This document shows, one piece after another, positions 21,145 to 34,650 of a DNA stretch of 64,000 nt (positions are counted from its first letter, which is position 1; every line of letters begins with the position of its first letter). Below the pieces are notes generated by a model. The model did no database searches. It saw nothing but the letters and a program-made list of their open reading frames with translations, and was not told the DNA's origin. The stretch is taken from contig LSRY02000012.1 in the NCBI GenBank assembly GCA_001643675.2, forward strand, positions 496,001-560,000, in the 5' to 3' direction. Made by a program: the position numbers and the translations under genes. This stretch comes from Monocercomonoides exilis PA203. Lineage: Eukaryota > Protista > Preaxostyla.

Positions 21145-22916
21145 TTATTCCTTCTTTTCAGAAGATTCTTCTTCTTTTTCTTCTTCTTCATTATCATCAA
21201 CCTCATTGATCAACATCTCCATCAAAATTGATACCTTCGCAGCAAAGTCTTGTCTTGCTGTTCCCTGATAAGAAAGAATCAAGAACACAATTTTTGAGAT
21301 TGCCAGATGCAAAACAAAACATTCACGAATAATAAGTGAATGGCCAATATTATGAGAATGATTCAGGATTTGTCATTTAGGAAATAGAGTTAAAAAAAGA
21401 AAGAAAAATACATTGACATACAGAAAGCGTTGAAGAATATGCTTTGATAACACTCATCTGAGACATTAATCCATCAATTGTGTAAAGAGGATCCAGCAAA
21501 TCTTTTAATTTCATTTCCTAACATTGATTAAATTCGAATTAATAAGAAAATATCGCGATATGATAACAGAAAAAAATAGTTCAAACTGATGTAATTTCTT
21601 GTGCAAGCCCAAATTTTCCCATGGAAACCCACTTTTCCAGCATTTTTTCAATCGATTCTTTTGATTCATCCTCTGGCGGTGCTGATGAAGATGATGTGCT
21701 ATCTTTCTTACTGTCCTCAGAAAATGAAGAAGAAGATGAATCCGAAGACGTAGATGAGGCTGAAGCAGAAGAACAAGAGGATGAAGTTTGGGGCATTGAG
21801 AGAAGAGCATCAGTTGCAGAGTGAATGCTCTCTGACTGACTTTGAGATGATGATGTCTTTGGAGTGACACTTGACGAATTGCTGGACGACGATAAAGATG
21901 GAGCAGAAGAAGAAGGGCAACAGCAAGAAGAAGATGAACCTTTAGAGTTAGTCGTATTGGTTGTGGACGAAGATGATGAAGGAGATGCTGATGATGAAAT
22001 ATCTCCTTCTACAAGTTTTGAACGATGCCTTCCTTTTCTTTCTAATGTTTTTTTAAAAATACATGATAAATATTAAAAGCAAAGACAGTTTCAAAGCAAT
22101 AATTTTTATAACCTTTCATTTGACTAATTGGCCACTGATAACATTCAATTGCTTCATAAATCCTATCCACGCCTTCTTTTTCATCTTTCAAAAATAAATG
22201 AATAAAAAATGAAATAAAAAAAATAAAAAAATTAAAAATATTTGTCCAAAAAAAAAGTCACATACAAAATATCGAAGATTTTTTAGAATCCTTCTCTTCT
22301 GAATTTTTAATTGACGTTTCTTCCTTTTTTGGGGTTTCACATTTTTTCCTAAAATCGCATTCTATATAATCTGAAAAATGCTCACGGCACCATTGTTCTC
22401 TTTCCAATGAAATTGATTCTTCTTCATTAGATTTAGGACTTTCAAAACATCGTTCGTCTGTTTCTGGCCTGTAAACACCAACTACAAGAACCAGTTCAGG
22501 ATCTCCATCTTCTCGAATTGAAGAAATAAACTGTTTAATTTTATCAAAACAAGCATCTGCATTCTACAAACGAATTGTTTATTGATATGTTATATGAATT
22601 AAAAGTTTTTCCATTCATCAAAACAAACTTTGTTTAAATCAAAACACAATACAAAGCCTTGAGGTGATGTTGTGTGGGGATTAAGTTCAGAAATATTATG
22701 GATAGAACATTCAACAATTGCTGAATAATAAGCATTGTCAACATTTAAAGATCCTTTTGGAAATGACAATAATTTGTCATCCTTTGTCAAAGCTGAAAAA
22801 ATTATAACAACATTTGGCTATATGATAATAAAAAATATTTTAAAACCTTTCAAAACTTTGCTTCGGCCAGAAAAATTTTCTCCAATTAAAAATACATCAT
22901 TTTTTAAATTGCTCAT
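21145..22916 (-). CDS. AAGAB: Alpha/gamma-adaptin-binding protein p34 (AAGAB/Irc6)-like, 7 exons
   Basis: The spliced product has a degenerate P-loop (LIGENFSGRSKVL), VDNAYYSAIV, QGFVLCFD, EQWCREH, EGVDRIYEAIECYQWP..MK and C-terminal helices (IDGLMSQMSVIK...ARQDFAAKV). These follow the motif order I recall for AAGAB. A Ser-rich insert lies in exon 5. Confidence 0.75.
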
Positions 22917-23059
22917 AATAATAAAAAAATTTACACAAAGATCAAAATTTACAAAAAAAATATTCCAATTAGCTCAATAAACAGCGTATATATAATTTAA
23001 TAACTATAAATCGAAATCTAATATATTTTGAATTTATAAACACAACATAAAGTTCATAT

Positions 23060-23903
23060 TCAAGTCTGATTTGAAGGTGAATTATCTTCAATGTCCATTT
23101 TGTTTGAAGGTGTAAGGCTTTCACTATCTGTTTTTTCGGAATCAATCTGCATTTTAGATAAATCTGGAGAATTTTTGTCATTCTGTTGATCACTATCTTC
23201 TTTCTCGCTCTTTAAATCCTTAAAATCACTTTCATTGATAACAACTTTTGAATTTTCTTCTTCACTTTCACTATCTTGATTATCACTTTCAGATTCATCG
23301 GAAAATCCATCTTCTTCTGGAAATGTTGCTGAAAAACAAAAAAATTTATCATCCATTATGAATGTCTCACAAACCTTGGTACAATAAAATTTCTCTTTTT
23401 TGTTCTTCCAGAGATTCTACAAGTTCAGCTATATTTTGCAAAGCTCTCTGTTTTATTCTTTCGCATTCGCTCTTTATTTAAAAAAAAGCTAGAAATTGTG
23501 AGAACTTAAAAAGCAAGGTCCAACCTCATAAGAGTCCAAGGCAGATTTCCTTGCAGCAGCGTACTTATGATAAACATTCTGCTTATGATAATTTTCAAGA
23601 AGATTTAGTAAAGCAAGTTTATTTTCTCTTTGCTGAATTAGTCTTCGCATTTCTCTTTGAAATCTTGGATGCGTTGCTAATAATATAGAAAAAATCATTC
23701 AAATGTCAAAAATTATAAATATTCACAATACCCACTCCCGGTGGAAGTTTTTTCTGTAATTCAGTGATCCTTTGCTGTGTTTCATAAAATTGAATTTAAA
23801 ACCAAGAGCATTTAACAAAACAAAAATAACTTTATAAAAGAAAATATAAACATAAAATTTCAACCATTTGTTCGGAATTTAAATTTTGTGATGGCTGATT
23901 CAT
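23060..23903 (-). CDS. Small Sds3/BRMS1-like coiled-coil protein, 5 exons
   Basis: The spliced core ATHPRFQREMRRLIQQRENKL...ENYHKQNVYHKYAAARKSALDSYESECERIKQ...LEEQKEK resembles the Sds3-like coiled-coil pattern. Acidic tail and canonical GT-AG junctions. Confidence 0.55.
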
Positions 23904-24254
23904 TTTTAAAATAACAATTTACCAATTGATGATCACTTTTGACCCAGATTATTAATTGATGAAAGGTTTCATTTTCTATATTCTCAAGAAAAACATGCAT
24001 TTTAATAAAATATATTGATGTTTCATCTTTTTTGATTTTAAGATATTTAATTTTTTATGGGTAGATCTTGTAAACTCAATTTTTATTAATATTTCCGGTT
24101 TGATTGAATTATCATGAGAAAAATTATTTATTTTTGTTATGACATTATTATTGTTGTTTGCTTGAGAAGTTTAAAGATTCAAATTGATATCTTATCAATT
24201 TGACGAATATTCGAGAAATTATCGATTTTGTGAATGGATCTCCTGTTTTCTAAA

Positions 24255-27138
24255 ATGGCAGGTTTGGCTAAAACTGACAATTATTTAGATGATTGGCAGT
24301 ATGACGATGGAAACGAAGAACCAGTGGGTTTGCTCATTATTTTTATGAAATATATAACATTTTTGAAATGTTAACTTTTATTCGGAGAAACTACGGAGTC
24401 TTTATTTGTTCATTCTCTTGACAGTCTTAAGCTGGTATACTATTTTGTTTGGAATTTCATTGTGGTTTATTTTTTGTCCATTTGTGTCTAGACATTGGAT
24501 ATTGGAGGCTCTTTGACTAAATTATGTGTATACATTCCCGACAGCGCTCTTGTCTCACTTCACGAACCTCTTAGATCTTTCTTTTCCGTATTTTCACCAC
24601 CTCATTCTCGCTCATCACATTCTTCAGCAAAAAGCAAACCATCCACACCCACGAAAACACATTCAAGAGATTCCTCTCCATCACCAAACGTTTCAAGTCA
24701 CCAACCTCAAACCACACAAGCGAATCATCACCCGATTCCTTCACCAAAGCCACAACGAGCCCAAGTTTTTGCTGCACCTAAGGCAAAATCCATGACAAAC
24801 CATCTTTCACCTTCAGTTTTATCAAAAACACCAAGTCTCTCTTCTGTGCAAGGTAACTGGGTGCTCCCATCCTTTCAACCATATCAAGATTCTGCACATG
24901 CGCCGACATCGCCGGGTGTTTCTTCAAAACATTCAACTCCTTCATCTGAATTATCAAACGAAAAAGGCAAATCTGTCGCTGGACATTCAGAGAAAGGATC
25001 AACTTCAGAAGCTGCTACGACGACTCCACCGCTTCCTTTGGGTTCATCAAGCTCATCATCACACGTAGGTTCAAGCGCTCATTCTTCGTCTTCGTCTTCG
25101 TCTTCATCTTCGTCTTCCAAGCCATCCTGTATTCAGGGAATTCGCCTTCACAAATCACTTACACTTTCACTTGAAGGAGTTTCTTCTCTGAGAGGCACTC
25201 TGTTCTTTTGCTCTTGCCCCACAAGAGATATAAACTATGTCATTTCATTTATAAAAGGTCTGTCACAAAATAATGAATACTTGTTTGATTAAAGGATGCT
25301 GTTATTGGAACAATGAACTTGTTCATTTAATTGACAAATAGATTTAATTCCATATTTACAATTAAAAACATTTTTTTGACATTTTTTTTCTCTTCTTTTT
25401 TCTTTTAACTGCAATCGTATCTCAGAATTGCGTGTTGTATGCCCCCTCAGCCAGATACGAGGCACTGGAGGAGGAATGTTTAAGTTTCGAGATCTGTTTG
25501 CAGAACAGCTGGATTCACTGGAACTTGTCTCGATTGATGAAATGCAGGTTTGATAATGCATTATATTGATAAAATGAACAAATGGAATTTTTTATAATTT
25601 TTTATATGATTATCAAATTCACAATTAACTTCCATAAATAACAGTCACTTGTGAAAGGAGCTGACTTTCTGCTTTCTTCTGTTCCTGAAGAATCATTTTG
25701 CTATCTTCCTTACATTGACAACGATCATCCTCGAGTATTTCAACCATTAAAGGTTTGAATTTCTTTATAATAATGTATATCGGTTTTCCTAATTTTATTT
25801 TGATTTATCATTTTTAATTCACATTTTCCCCGTTGCTCACACTCTTTTTTAAAACTCATTTTTTCTTTCAGCCTTCTCCATACCCATATATCTTTTGCAA
25901 CATTGGCACGGGGACATCCATATTATGTGCCACATCTCGAGGGAAGTTTGAGCGAGTCACGGGCTCAACCCTTGGTGGAGGGGCCTTCTTTGGCCTGGCG
26001 AAGCTGCTGACTGGAGAGAAGACATTTGACGGGATGGTCGAACGAGCCAAAAGAGGAGCGGCAAAGAACGTGAACATGACAGTCGGGGATATTTACGGAG
26101 GAAGCTATGGAGGAATTGGGCTGCAGAGCGATATGCCCGCTGGAGCGTTTGGGAAGGTGGTGATGACAGCTGATGAAGACGAGAAGGAAAATGAAATGCA
26201 TAAAGAACAAGAAAAACTGACAGAAAAGAAAGAAAGAGAAAATGAAATGAAAAAAGCAAGCAATGTGACAGATCTTGACGAGATGGAGGAGGAAAGGGGG
26301 AAGAAGAAGGCGGAAGAAGAAAAAGAATCGAAGGCTGCTGAATCAGATCCAGATGCAAACGAAAAACGACAAAAAGAGGAGAAAATGCAGAAATATGATC
26401 CAGAAGTGAACCAAGGATTCCAGTTTGTTTTATTTTTATTGAGTCTTTTATTTTATTTTTATTTATTTATTTTTTTCTTTTATTTTTTTCCTTTTTATTA
26501 CATACAATTTACATTTATTTTCAAACATTCAATTTCTTTTTTTGAAAAACAAATATTTGGCTTTCCATGCTTTAACAACTACAGAAAAGATGATTTGACA
26601 AGAGCTGTTTTGGATTTAATCACTTCGCACATTAGTCAGCTAGTGTTCTTCGTTTGCACGAAGCATTCAGTGAGGACTGTATATTTTGGAGGCTCATTCA
26701 TTGCAGATAACCCCGATGTTATGGGATCCATTTCACAGATGGTAAATTATTTTTCGTTTGGTCAAATAAAGGTGTGATTTTTGAGACACATTTTTTTTTC
26801 TGTAACATCATATTTCTTAAAAAATATAAACACAATTTTGACTCATATTAATAATCATTTATATAATAATTTAACAGACGTGTTATCTTCGGCACGAAGC
26901 ATTCGTTGGCGCGATTGGAGGCATGATAGAAACACTCGGCATTCCATCTCTTCCTTCTCCTGCGTCTTCTGCTTCGGAAGATTCACAGAGAATGATGAGG
27001 GCAATGTCCCCATCCTCAAACACTGTTGCTCACACAACACCACAACGCACTGCTTCTCCTTCTTCTAGACGCACTCCATCACTTCAAATTGATGCAAATT
27101 CTTGGTCAAAATATTTTGGAGGCGATCTTTTTGAGTAG
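24255..27138 (+). CDS. PANK: Type II (eukaryotic/Fumble) pantothenate kinase, multi-exon
   Basis: Motifs across spliced exons: DIGGSLTKL, GTGGGMFKF, DEMQSLVKG, YPYIFCNIGTGTSIL, RVTGSTLGGG.FFGL, VGDIYGG, VYFGGSF and LRHEAFVGAIG. The 5' exon structure is less certain. Confidence 0.92.
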
Positions 27139-27334
27139 AAAAAATAATCATTGTTATAATTTTAATTTTTTTATTCTGTTATTTTAAAATATGTTGCACT
27201 CTTTTTTTTCTCATACATTTTCGTTATTCATTTATTTTTGAGTTTTTTACATTATCTTAATTATTATTCATTTTTATTTGTGGGCTTTAATGATTCGTTT
27301 GTTGTTATATTATTGATGGGTAAGATCATGCGTG

Positions 27335-30300
27335 ATGAAAGATGTGTGTCTTTTTTTGATTTTCAAGAAACAATTGATCATTTTAAAAAATATATTTAAA
27401 CGAAAAACTTAAAAACGCACATTGCATATATTTATTTATATCAAATTTTGTTTTATTATTCTGGAAAATCCTTTTTTAAAGTTATATTTCATAACAGCGC
27501 AAAAACCAACAGCTGTCAGCCATGCTTTTGCGTGCCACTTCACAAATTGCACGGATGATAATTTAATTCTATGGTATATGAGATTTGTTTCTTTTACATT
27601 TTTCAATTTTTTTATTTTAGTAAATCAACCTCACTAGAAGTGTATTTGCTTTCAGCAGAGGGCCTTCTTCCAACATTTGACATTTCACTTTTTGGACATG
27701 TAACTGCAATTCAAAAGCTTCGATTTCCTGAAGATACAACAGATTCCATTGTTTTTATAACTTCAAAATATCAGATTGGAGTTCTTTCATACAATACATC
27801 CACAAAATCCGTTATAACAAGAGCAGCAGGAACAATTCAGGAAGCAGTTGGAAGATCAACTGGTTTGCTTATTTGTCAATTCCTTTTCTAATCAAAGAAA
27901 AAAATTTTAACATTATATCCTTTCTTCAGATTCAAATCCTCTCCTCACAATTGATCCTCAACTGCGTGCAATTGCCATTCACGCATATCAAGGACTTATT
28001 AAAATTATTCCCGTTCATAGGAATGGGGTATTTGGCGAAGCGTTTACAGTTCGACTTGAAGAACCAACCGTTATTGATTTCGCATTTTTATCGGGGTGCT
28101 CAATACCAACTCTCTGTGTTCTTACCGAAACACGTACAGGTCAAAGACAAGTTAAAGTATTCGAATTAGAGTCGAGCACAGCAACCTTCAAAGCTCATCC
28201 TTCACCTCTTTTTCCAGCCGATGTTGAAAATGGAAGTAATCTTATTATTCCTGTCGCAGAACCATTCAGTGTGTAAGATTCTTTTAAACTTCTTATTTTT
28301 GATAACTTTTATCATTTTCTTTTTTCTTTCTTTCTTTCTTTCTTTCTTTTTTATCCACTCATCTTTCTCTTTCTTCGCCCTTTCTTTCCTTTCATTGAAG
28401 ATGGATTTGCTGTTGTTGGAAGCAAAACTGTATCATATTTCCCTTCTCAGTTGAAATACCTCTCATCCACAATCACTTCATCCTCACCAGCAGCCACAAA
28501 AGATGCTGCCATTTTCTTTCCTCCAACCACCACCTCAGTTTCAATTGGATACAAAGAGGTACTTCCTTCATCATCATCATCATCATCTTCTTCTTCTTCT
28601 TCTTCTGTTTCCTCAACAAGCAACCTTCTTCTTTCTCCACTGCACCCTCAATCATCTGACTCCGCACGCACCACTCGCCAGCTACAGCTCACAGACACAC
28701 AATTTACTGCTTATGCCCCCATCGATGCTGGCCATTATCTTCTTGGAGATATCTATGGACATCTAATACTCCTGTCTATCACACCTTCTGCACCTTCTTC
28801 TTCTTCTTCTTCTTCTTCATATTCTCCCTTCTCATCCCCATCTCCTCTTCTTTCCTCCCTCTTCTCTGTGAATCTGACTCTTTTAGGTGTCACTTCGATC
28901 CCTTCGGCCATTGCTCCTATTGACGCTGGCTTTGTCTTCATCGCCTCTGAATGCGGAGACTCACAGCTTGTGCAGATAAAAAGGGTGAATAAATCACACA
29001 GAAGGAAGAAAGAGATGAAAGAGAAGAAAGGAATGGAAGGAAAGAGAAGAGAGAAAGAAGGAGAAGGAGAAGGAGAAGGAGAAGGAGAAATGAATGGAGC
29101 AAATATGGCTTCTTTGAAAGGTGCAGCAGGAGAGGTGCGCGTGAAGACGATGGAAGAGAAGGAAACACTGAACAACAATGGAAATAACATGAAGGAAAGA
29201 AGAAGAGAAAGGGCAGATGTTGAAAACAGCATGTCTGATGAATACACAGATGAAGTGGTTGCAGAAGAAGAAAATGATGGTGAAGAAGATGATGATGAAG
29301 GAGAAGAGGGCAAAGCTATGTTCATTTCTGGTTTCCAAGCGAAGGCAGAGCAGTGGGTTGTGAAGGTGATGGACACCTTCACAAACATTGGTCCGATTGT
29401 TGACTGTGTCGTGGTGGATGCAGATGTGATGACAAGAACAAGTACAAAACAAGAAGAAAACCAGAATCAGAATGGACAATCGACATCGTCTTCATCTTCT
29501 TCCTCTTCTTCCTCTTCCTCTTCTTCTTCCTCCCAGCCGTTGATCATCACCTGCAGCGGAGACCGGAAAGACGGGTCCATCCGCATCATCCGGAGTGGTG
29601 TTGGTGTGGAGCAGATTGTGAATGAAGAGTGCGAAGGCATCAGAGGCCTCTTTTCGATCCCATCGTATGCCTCGTTTATTCCACCGAAGAGGAAAGAGAA
29701 GTCAAATAAAATGGATGTGGAAGATGATGAAGGTATTTCATCATCATCGTCTTCTTCTCTTTCTCTCAATGATTCATGCGGCATTGAGCATTCCTATCTG
29801 CTTCAGTCCTATCTGAACGGCACCAGGGCGCTGACTCTGACACCCGAAGGCGAGTTTCTCGAAGTGGAGATCGAGGGAATAGATGCAGATGAAGAGACCA
29901 TTGCGTGTGGAGTGCTGTGTGTTGAGGCTAATGATGCTGCTGCTGACAATGATGATGAAAGGAGAGAAGGAGGCAAAAAGGGAAGGAAGATGAAAAGAGG
30001 GAATGGGAAAAGACTGTTTATTGTTCAGGCGACTTCGAAGAGCATCAATGTGATTGAATATCCGGACCCTTCTGCACACGATGCTTCAATGAAAGACTCA
30101 CAATCATCATCTTCATCTTCCTCTTCTTCTCTTTCTTCCCCATATTTCCATCGTGTTCTCAGTTGGACTCCCTCTGCTATTGCTGCCATGTCGCCAATGC
30201 CATCTCCTTCTATCACAAAGGCTGCAATCATCGAAGGCACCAACACAATTGTCGTGGGGCTGTCGAAGGGAACTTTGGTTTCTCTCACTTTAGCAGTCAA

Positions 30301-33300
30301 AGCATCATCATCATCATCATCATCTTCTTCTTCTTCTTCTTCTTCTTCTTCTTTCTCTGAAGCAGAAGTGTATTTTGTTACCAACTCTCATTGCAACGTG
30401 AACAGCGACATTTCCTCTCTTGCTGCTTGGATGCTTGAACCTCCACTGCACAACTTGCCTCTTCCAAAATCTTCTCTTTCAAATCTTTCTTCTTCTTCTT
30501 CTTCTCTTTCCTCTTCTTCTTCTTCCATTGCCACCGTCTCAGGCTTTGCCATAGCTGGTCTGTGGAAGAACCTCTCTTTATGCTGTCTTTCTCTCCCGTC
30601 GCTGGAGAAGCTGTGGGAAATGCCACTCGAAATCGCATCTGTCCCTCGAAGCATCGTGTTTCTGCCTCCATCCTATGCTCTTGCATCTTCTGAGTCCTCT
30701 TCTTCATCCTCTTCTTCATCAGATGATTCTCATCATCATTACTTGGACAACAGAATATCACTTGCACACTCCTGCCAATGTCCGCACTGTCAAAACATCC
30801 GCTCTTCTTCTTCTTCTTCTCCTTCTTCTCTCATTCAAACACAATCTCAATCTTCCTCTTCCTCCTCCTCTTCTTCTTCTCCCTCTCTTCCACCTCCTCA
30901 ATGCTTCCTTCTGGCTGGTCTGGGGAATGGCCATCTGGTGACACTTCGTATCTGCCCATTGACTGCAACGATTGAAGACCAGCGCTCTTCTTCACTCGCC
31001 ACTTACCCTCTCCTTCTGATGCCCTTCACTACACTCAAAACAGTTTATTCTTCTTCTGCTTCTTCTTCCTCTTCCTCTCCTTCTGCTTCTTCTTCATTGC
31101 AATCTCCTTCTCCACTCACAGACGAAGACACAAAAGTCGTCAAGCGCTTCCAGCAGAACGTGTTTGTCTCGTCTGACCGCCCTGCCGTCCTCACACTTCA
31201 AGAATCAGCTTCTCTTTCTCCTTCCTCTTCCTCTTCTTCTTCTTCCTCCTCTTCTTCCTCTTCATCAAACACCCAACCACACATGCTCATGTCCACGCGT
31301 CTTGTCTGCAACATGGTGAATGCAAAGGACATCACCACCGCTGCCCCCTTCTCCACACCTCTTGTCCCTTCAGCCTTGTTCCTCTCCACTCCTTCCCATC
31401 TCCTCTTTGCTACACTCGATGCTGCACAGTCGCTCCAAGTGCAGACAATCCCATTGGGAGAGACTCCTCGCAGGTTGTGTGTGGACGAGGAGGCTGGGTG
31501 TATTGTGGTGGGCACACACAGAGAATACCCTCCGCTTAGAAGATGTGGGGGGAGGTGGAGGGATAGTGGAGATTATGGAGATTATGGCGAAGAGGGAGAC
31601 AAACAGACAGGGAAGAAGAGGAGAAGGATGATGAGGGATGTGAGTGGAGGAGAAGGGAGAGAAACGAGGGGAAACATTTCGAATGGGATGTTTGGATCGA
31701 TAGAGATGCAGATGATGAATTCTTTATCATCATCATCATCATTTTCTTCTTCTTCTTCTTCTTCTTCTTCATTTCCATCCTCAATGATGTCAACTGATTT
31801 TGATGATGCCCTGGAAGAGGCATTGCCTTCAGAGCAGGACTTTCTCCACACCATCGACATTTCCACGCACCAGCTGAAGCATTCCTACCCACTCAGCCCA
31901 AACGAAGTCGTCCTCACCATTCTCAACATTAATCTTCCTGTTTATTCTAATTCCACTCAAAAATCATCATCATCTTCTTCTTTCTCCTCTTCCTCTTCTT
32001 CCAAACAACCTCCTTCCTCTCCCCCTCTCCGTTTCATCGCCGTCGGCACTGCTTTCCTCTACCCGGACGAACCAGAAGCATCCAAAGGGCGCATCCTTCT
32101 CTTCACAGTGCACCCTTCTTCGCTCTTTCTCGAGCTGTCTGCGGTGGCCGAGGCACAAGGCGCTGTGACTCGCCTGGCAACCGTGTGTGGAACGCATCTG
32201 GTGGCTGCTGTGAACAACAGAGTGAGCATCTATTCGTTGGCCATCAATAACACATGTGAAGGTGGATCATTATTCAACAGCTTTTCAGCAATTAACACAG
32301 CATCATCATCATCATCATCTTCTTCTTCTTCTTTGTCTGTCCCTTCTCTCCTCCCCTTCCTTCCCCTCCACCCATCACGCACAGTGCTCCGCCGTGTGGC
32401 GACACGTGCATCTGGGGTGATGACTGTCTCTTTAGCCACACGGGGTGATCTCATCATCATTGGAGACATTGCCAGGAGCCTGACGCTGCTGAGATTCAAC
32501 CAAATTACACTGCAGATCGAGGCGCTGGCGATGGAGGCAGCGGCGAGGTGGGTGAGCGACTGTGCATTTCTGATGGAGGATGTGGGGCAATTGAAGAGAG
32601 GGAAAAGAGAGAGAGAAGGGGAGAAAGGAGAAGGAGAAGGAGAAAGAGAAAAAGGAGAAAAGACAGAGAAAACGGGAAAAAGAGATTCCGAAGCCAGTTT
32701 GTTGAGGGAGCTTGTGGTGGCAGCTGACAGCAATGGCAATCTTGTGGTGCTGAAGAGAGGTGCAGCAGAGAACGACGGGAGGAGAGAGGCACACGACGCT
32801 GAGCAGACAGCAGAGGCAATCAGAGCATATTTGAGGGAAGGATCGGGATTCACAGCAGCGAGGAAGGAGGAGATGATGAGCATAGAAGAAGCACACAGCG
32901 TGAATTCTTCTTCTTCATCTTCATCTTCATCATCTTCTTCTTCTTCGTCTTCCTCTTCGTCTTCATCATCAACATCATCCTCCGACCAGTTCAGCCCGTC
33001 TCTCTCCATCGTAGCCGGCCTCCACACAGGATCCCTCGTCAACAAGCTCGTTCCCTGCTTCCTCCACAAGCCAGGCGCCCCTCAGCCATCAGCTTCTTTG
33101 CTCGCTGTGACTGCAGATGGGGCATTGCATTTCCTCCTCACTCTTCCGCAGCCTTTCTCCTCTTTCGCGGCTGATGTGGCTGGTCGCATCTCGGCATCAG
33201 CAGCAGGGATCGGGTCTCTTCGCCATTCAGAGTGGAGAGCACAGTGGCACCACTCAGGCAGAACGCTGCCGACTTTTCATGTGACTGATGGAAATCTTCT

Positions 33301-33412
33301 GGAATTATATACAACATTAAACCCAAGAACAAAGAAAAGAATTGCTTCAGAAGTTAAAATGGATGAATCTGAGATAATTCGTGGAATAGAAGAACTTTCA
33401 CGACTTCATTAA
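27335..33412 (+). CDS. DDB1: DNA damage-binding protein 1 (DDB1) with many low-complexity insertions, about 1897 aa, 5 exons
   Basis: Exons 27335-27343, 27482-27573, 27621-27862, 27930-28268 and 28401-33412. Motifs TAQKPTAV, FTNIGPIVD, ITCSG..KDGSIRIIRSGVG, IPLGETPRR, VGTAF..PDEPE.SKGRILLF, GD.II.GDI.RS and DGNLLE. Confidence 0.92.
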
Positions 33413-33554
33413 TATATTTAAAATTTTATTTTTTATTTTTTGATTTTTTTTATAAAAATAGTTATAAAAAACACTTTTCAAAAAATTTTATCATTTTTAA
33501 ATTATGGGTAAAAATTAATTCCCTCTTTGATATTTACTGATCACTTGAGATAAA

Positions 33555-34294
33555 ATGGTTTGATTTTTTGATTGAATTTACCGTCATTTATGAAATATTA
33601 ACATTTTCTAATGAAATAAATCTTCGCATATTTTAAATTATGCTATTTTTTTCTCAGACTCTTGTTGCTCCAGAAAACTTCCAGCACATTCTTCGTGTGT
33701 TTAACACCAACATCAACGGAACAGAGAATGTTGTTTATGCCCTTACTGCAATTAAAGGTATTGGCCGTCGTTTCTCCACCCTTGTGTGCAAACGCGCCAA
33801 CGTTGACACCACAAAAAGGTTTGATTTTTGCTAAAATTTTTTATTTTTGTTATTAAATCCTGTTTTTGATGAACTGACTTTTTGAATTCCGAAATGTTCG
33901 TGCAAAATATTTTTCTCAGAGCTGGTCAACTGACACAGAGCGAGATTGACCGTCTGATCAAGGTTATTGAGAACCCACTTGACCACAAGATTCCAGAATA
34001 CTTCCTGAACCATCGCCGTGATATCAAGGACGGAACATCATCCCACGCCACTTCACAGCAAGTTGATATCCACATCCGTGATGCTATTGAACGTCTCAAG
34101 AAAATCAGGTTTGTTTTGTTTTTTTCTTGCAAATCATTTTTTATTTGATTGAACACAATTTGACTGGCGTTTATTTCAACAGAGCCCATCGTGGTCTGCG
34201 TCATATGAGAGGAATCCGTGTGCGTGGACAGCACACAAAGACCACTGGTCGTCACGGACACACAATCGGTGTCTCAAAGAAGAAGACTGCATAA
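33555..34294 (+). CDS. RPS18: 40S ribosomal protein S18 (uS13), 4 exons
   Basis: ATG-only first exon, then [14 protein letters not shown]...[60 protein letters not shown] at 34292-34294. Confidence 0.97.
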
Positions 34295-34650
34295 ACATAA
34301 TATTTTTGCTTTCATTGCATTGTACGTTGATACACTTCTTCATTTTTCAGTGTTTATCATTTTATGTGCAAATGAAAGCACTTAATAATCAATGAACTGG
34401 AGTAACACAAAACAAGACAAGAACCATTTCAATACATATTCTTTCTATTTGTTCAATATAATATTTTAAAAAATAATTAAACCCTACATACATAATCACA
34501 AAGCAACAACGACGAAAAGATGACTTCAATGCCCGGGCTTATACAAAAGGAAAAAAAAGTTACAAAATAAATAAAAAATCAAAAATATCAGATACAATTT
34601 AAATGTAAAAAGACATTAACAACGAAAAGCGAAAGGTAAATAACTAATAT

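Noticed and set aside
28450-33000. Inteins or canonical introns explaining the poly-Ser inserts
   Set aside because: I saw no intein terminal motifs or endonuclease domain. The inserts lack the AT-rich GT...AG character of the real introns here.
14215-34294. Alternative genetic code (TAA/TAG read as Gln, as in some related protists)
   Set aside because: AAT, DDB1 and RPS18 end in TAA exactly where homologues end, and the long ORFs contain no in-frame TAR codons.
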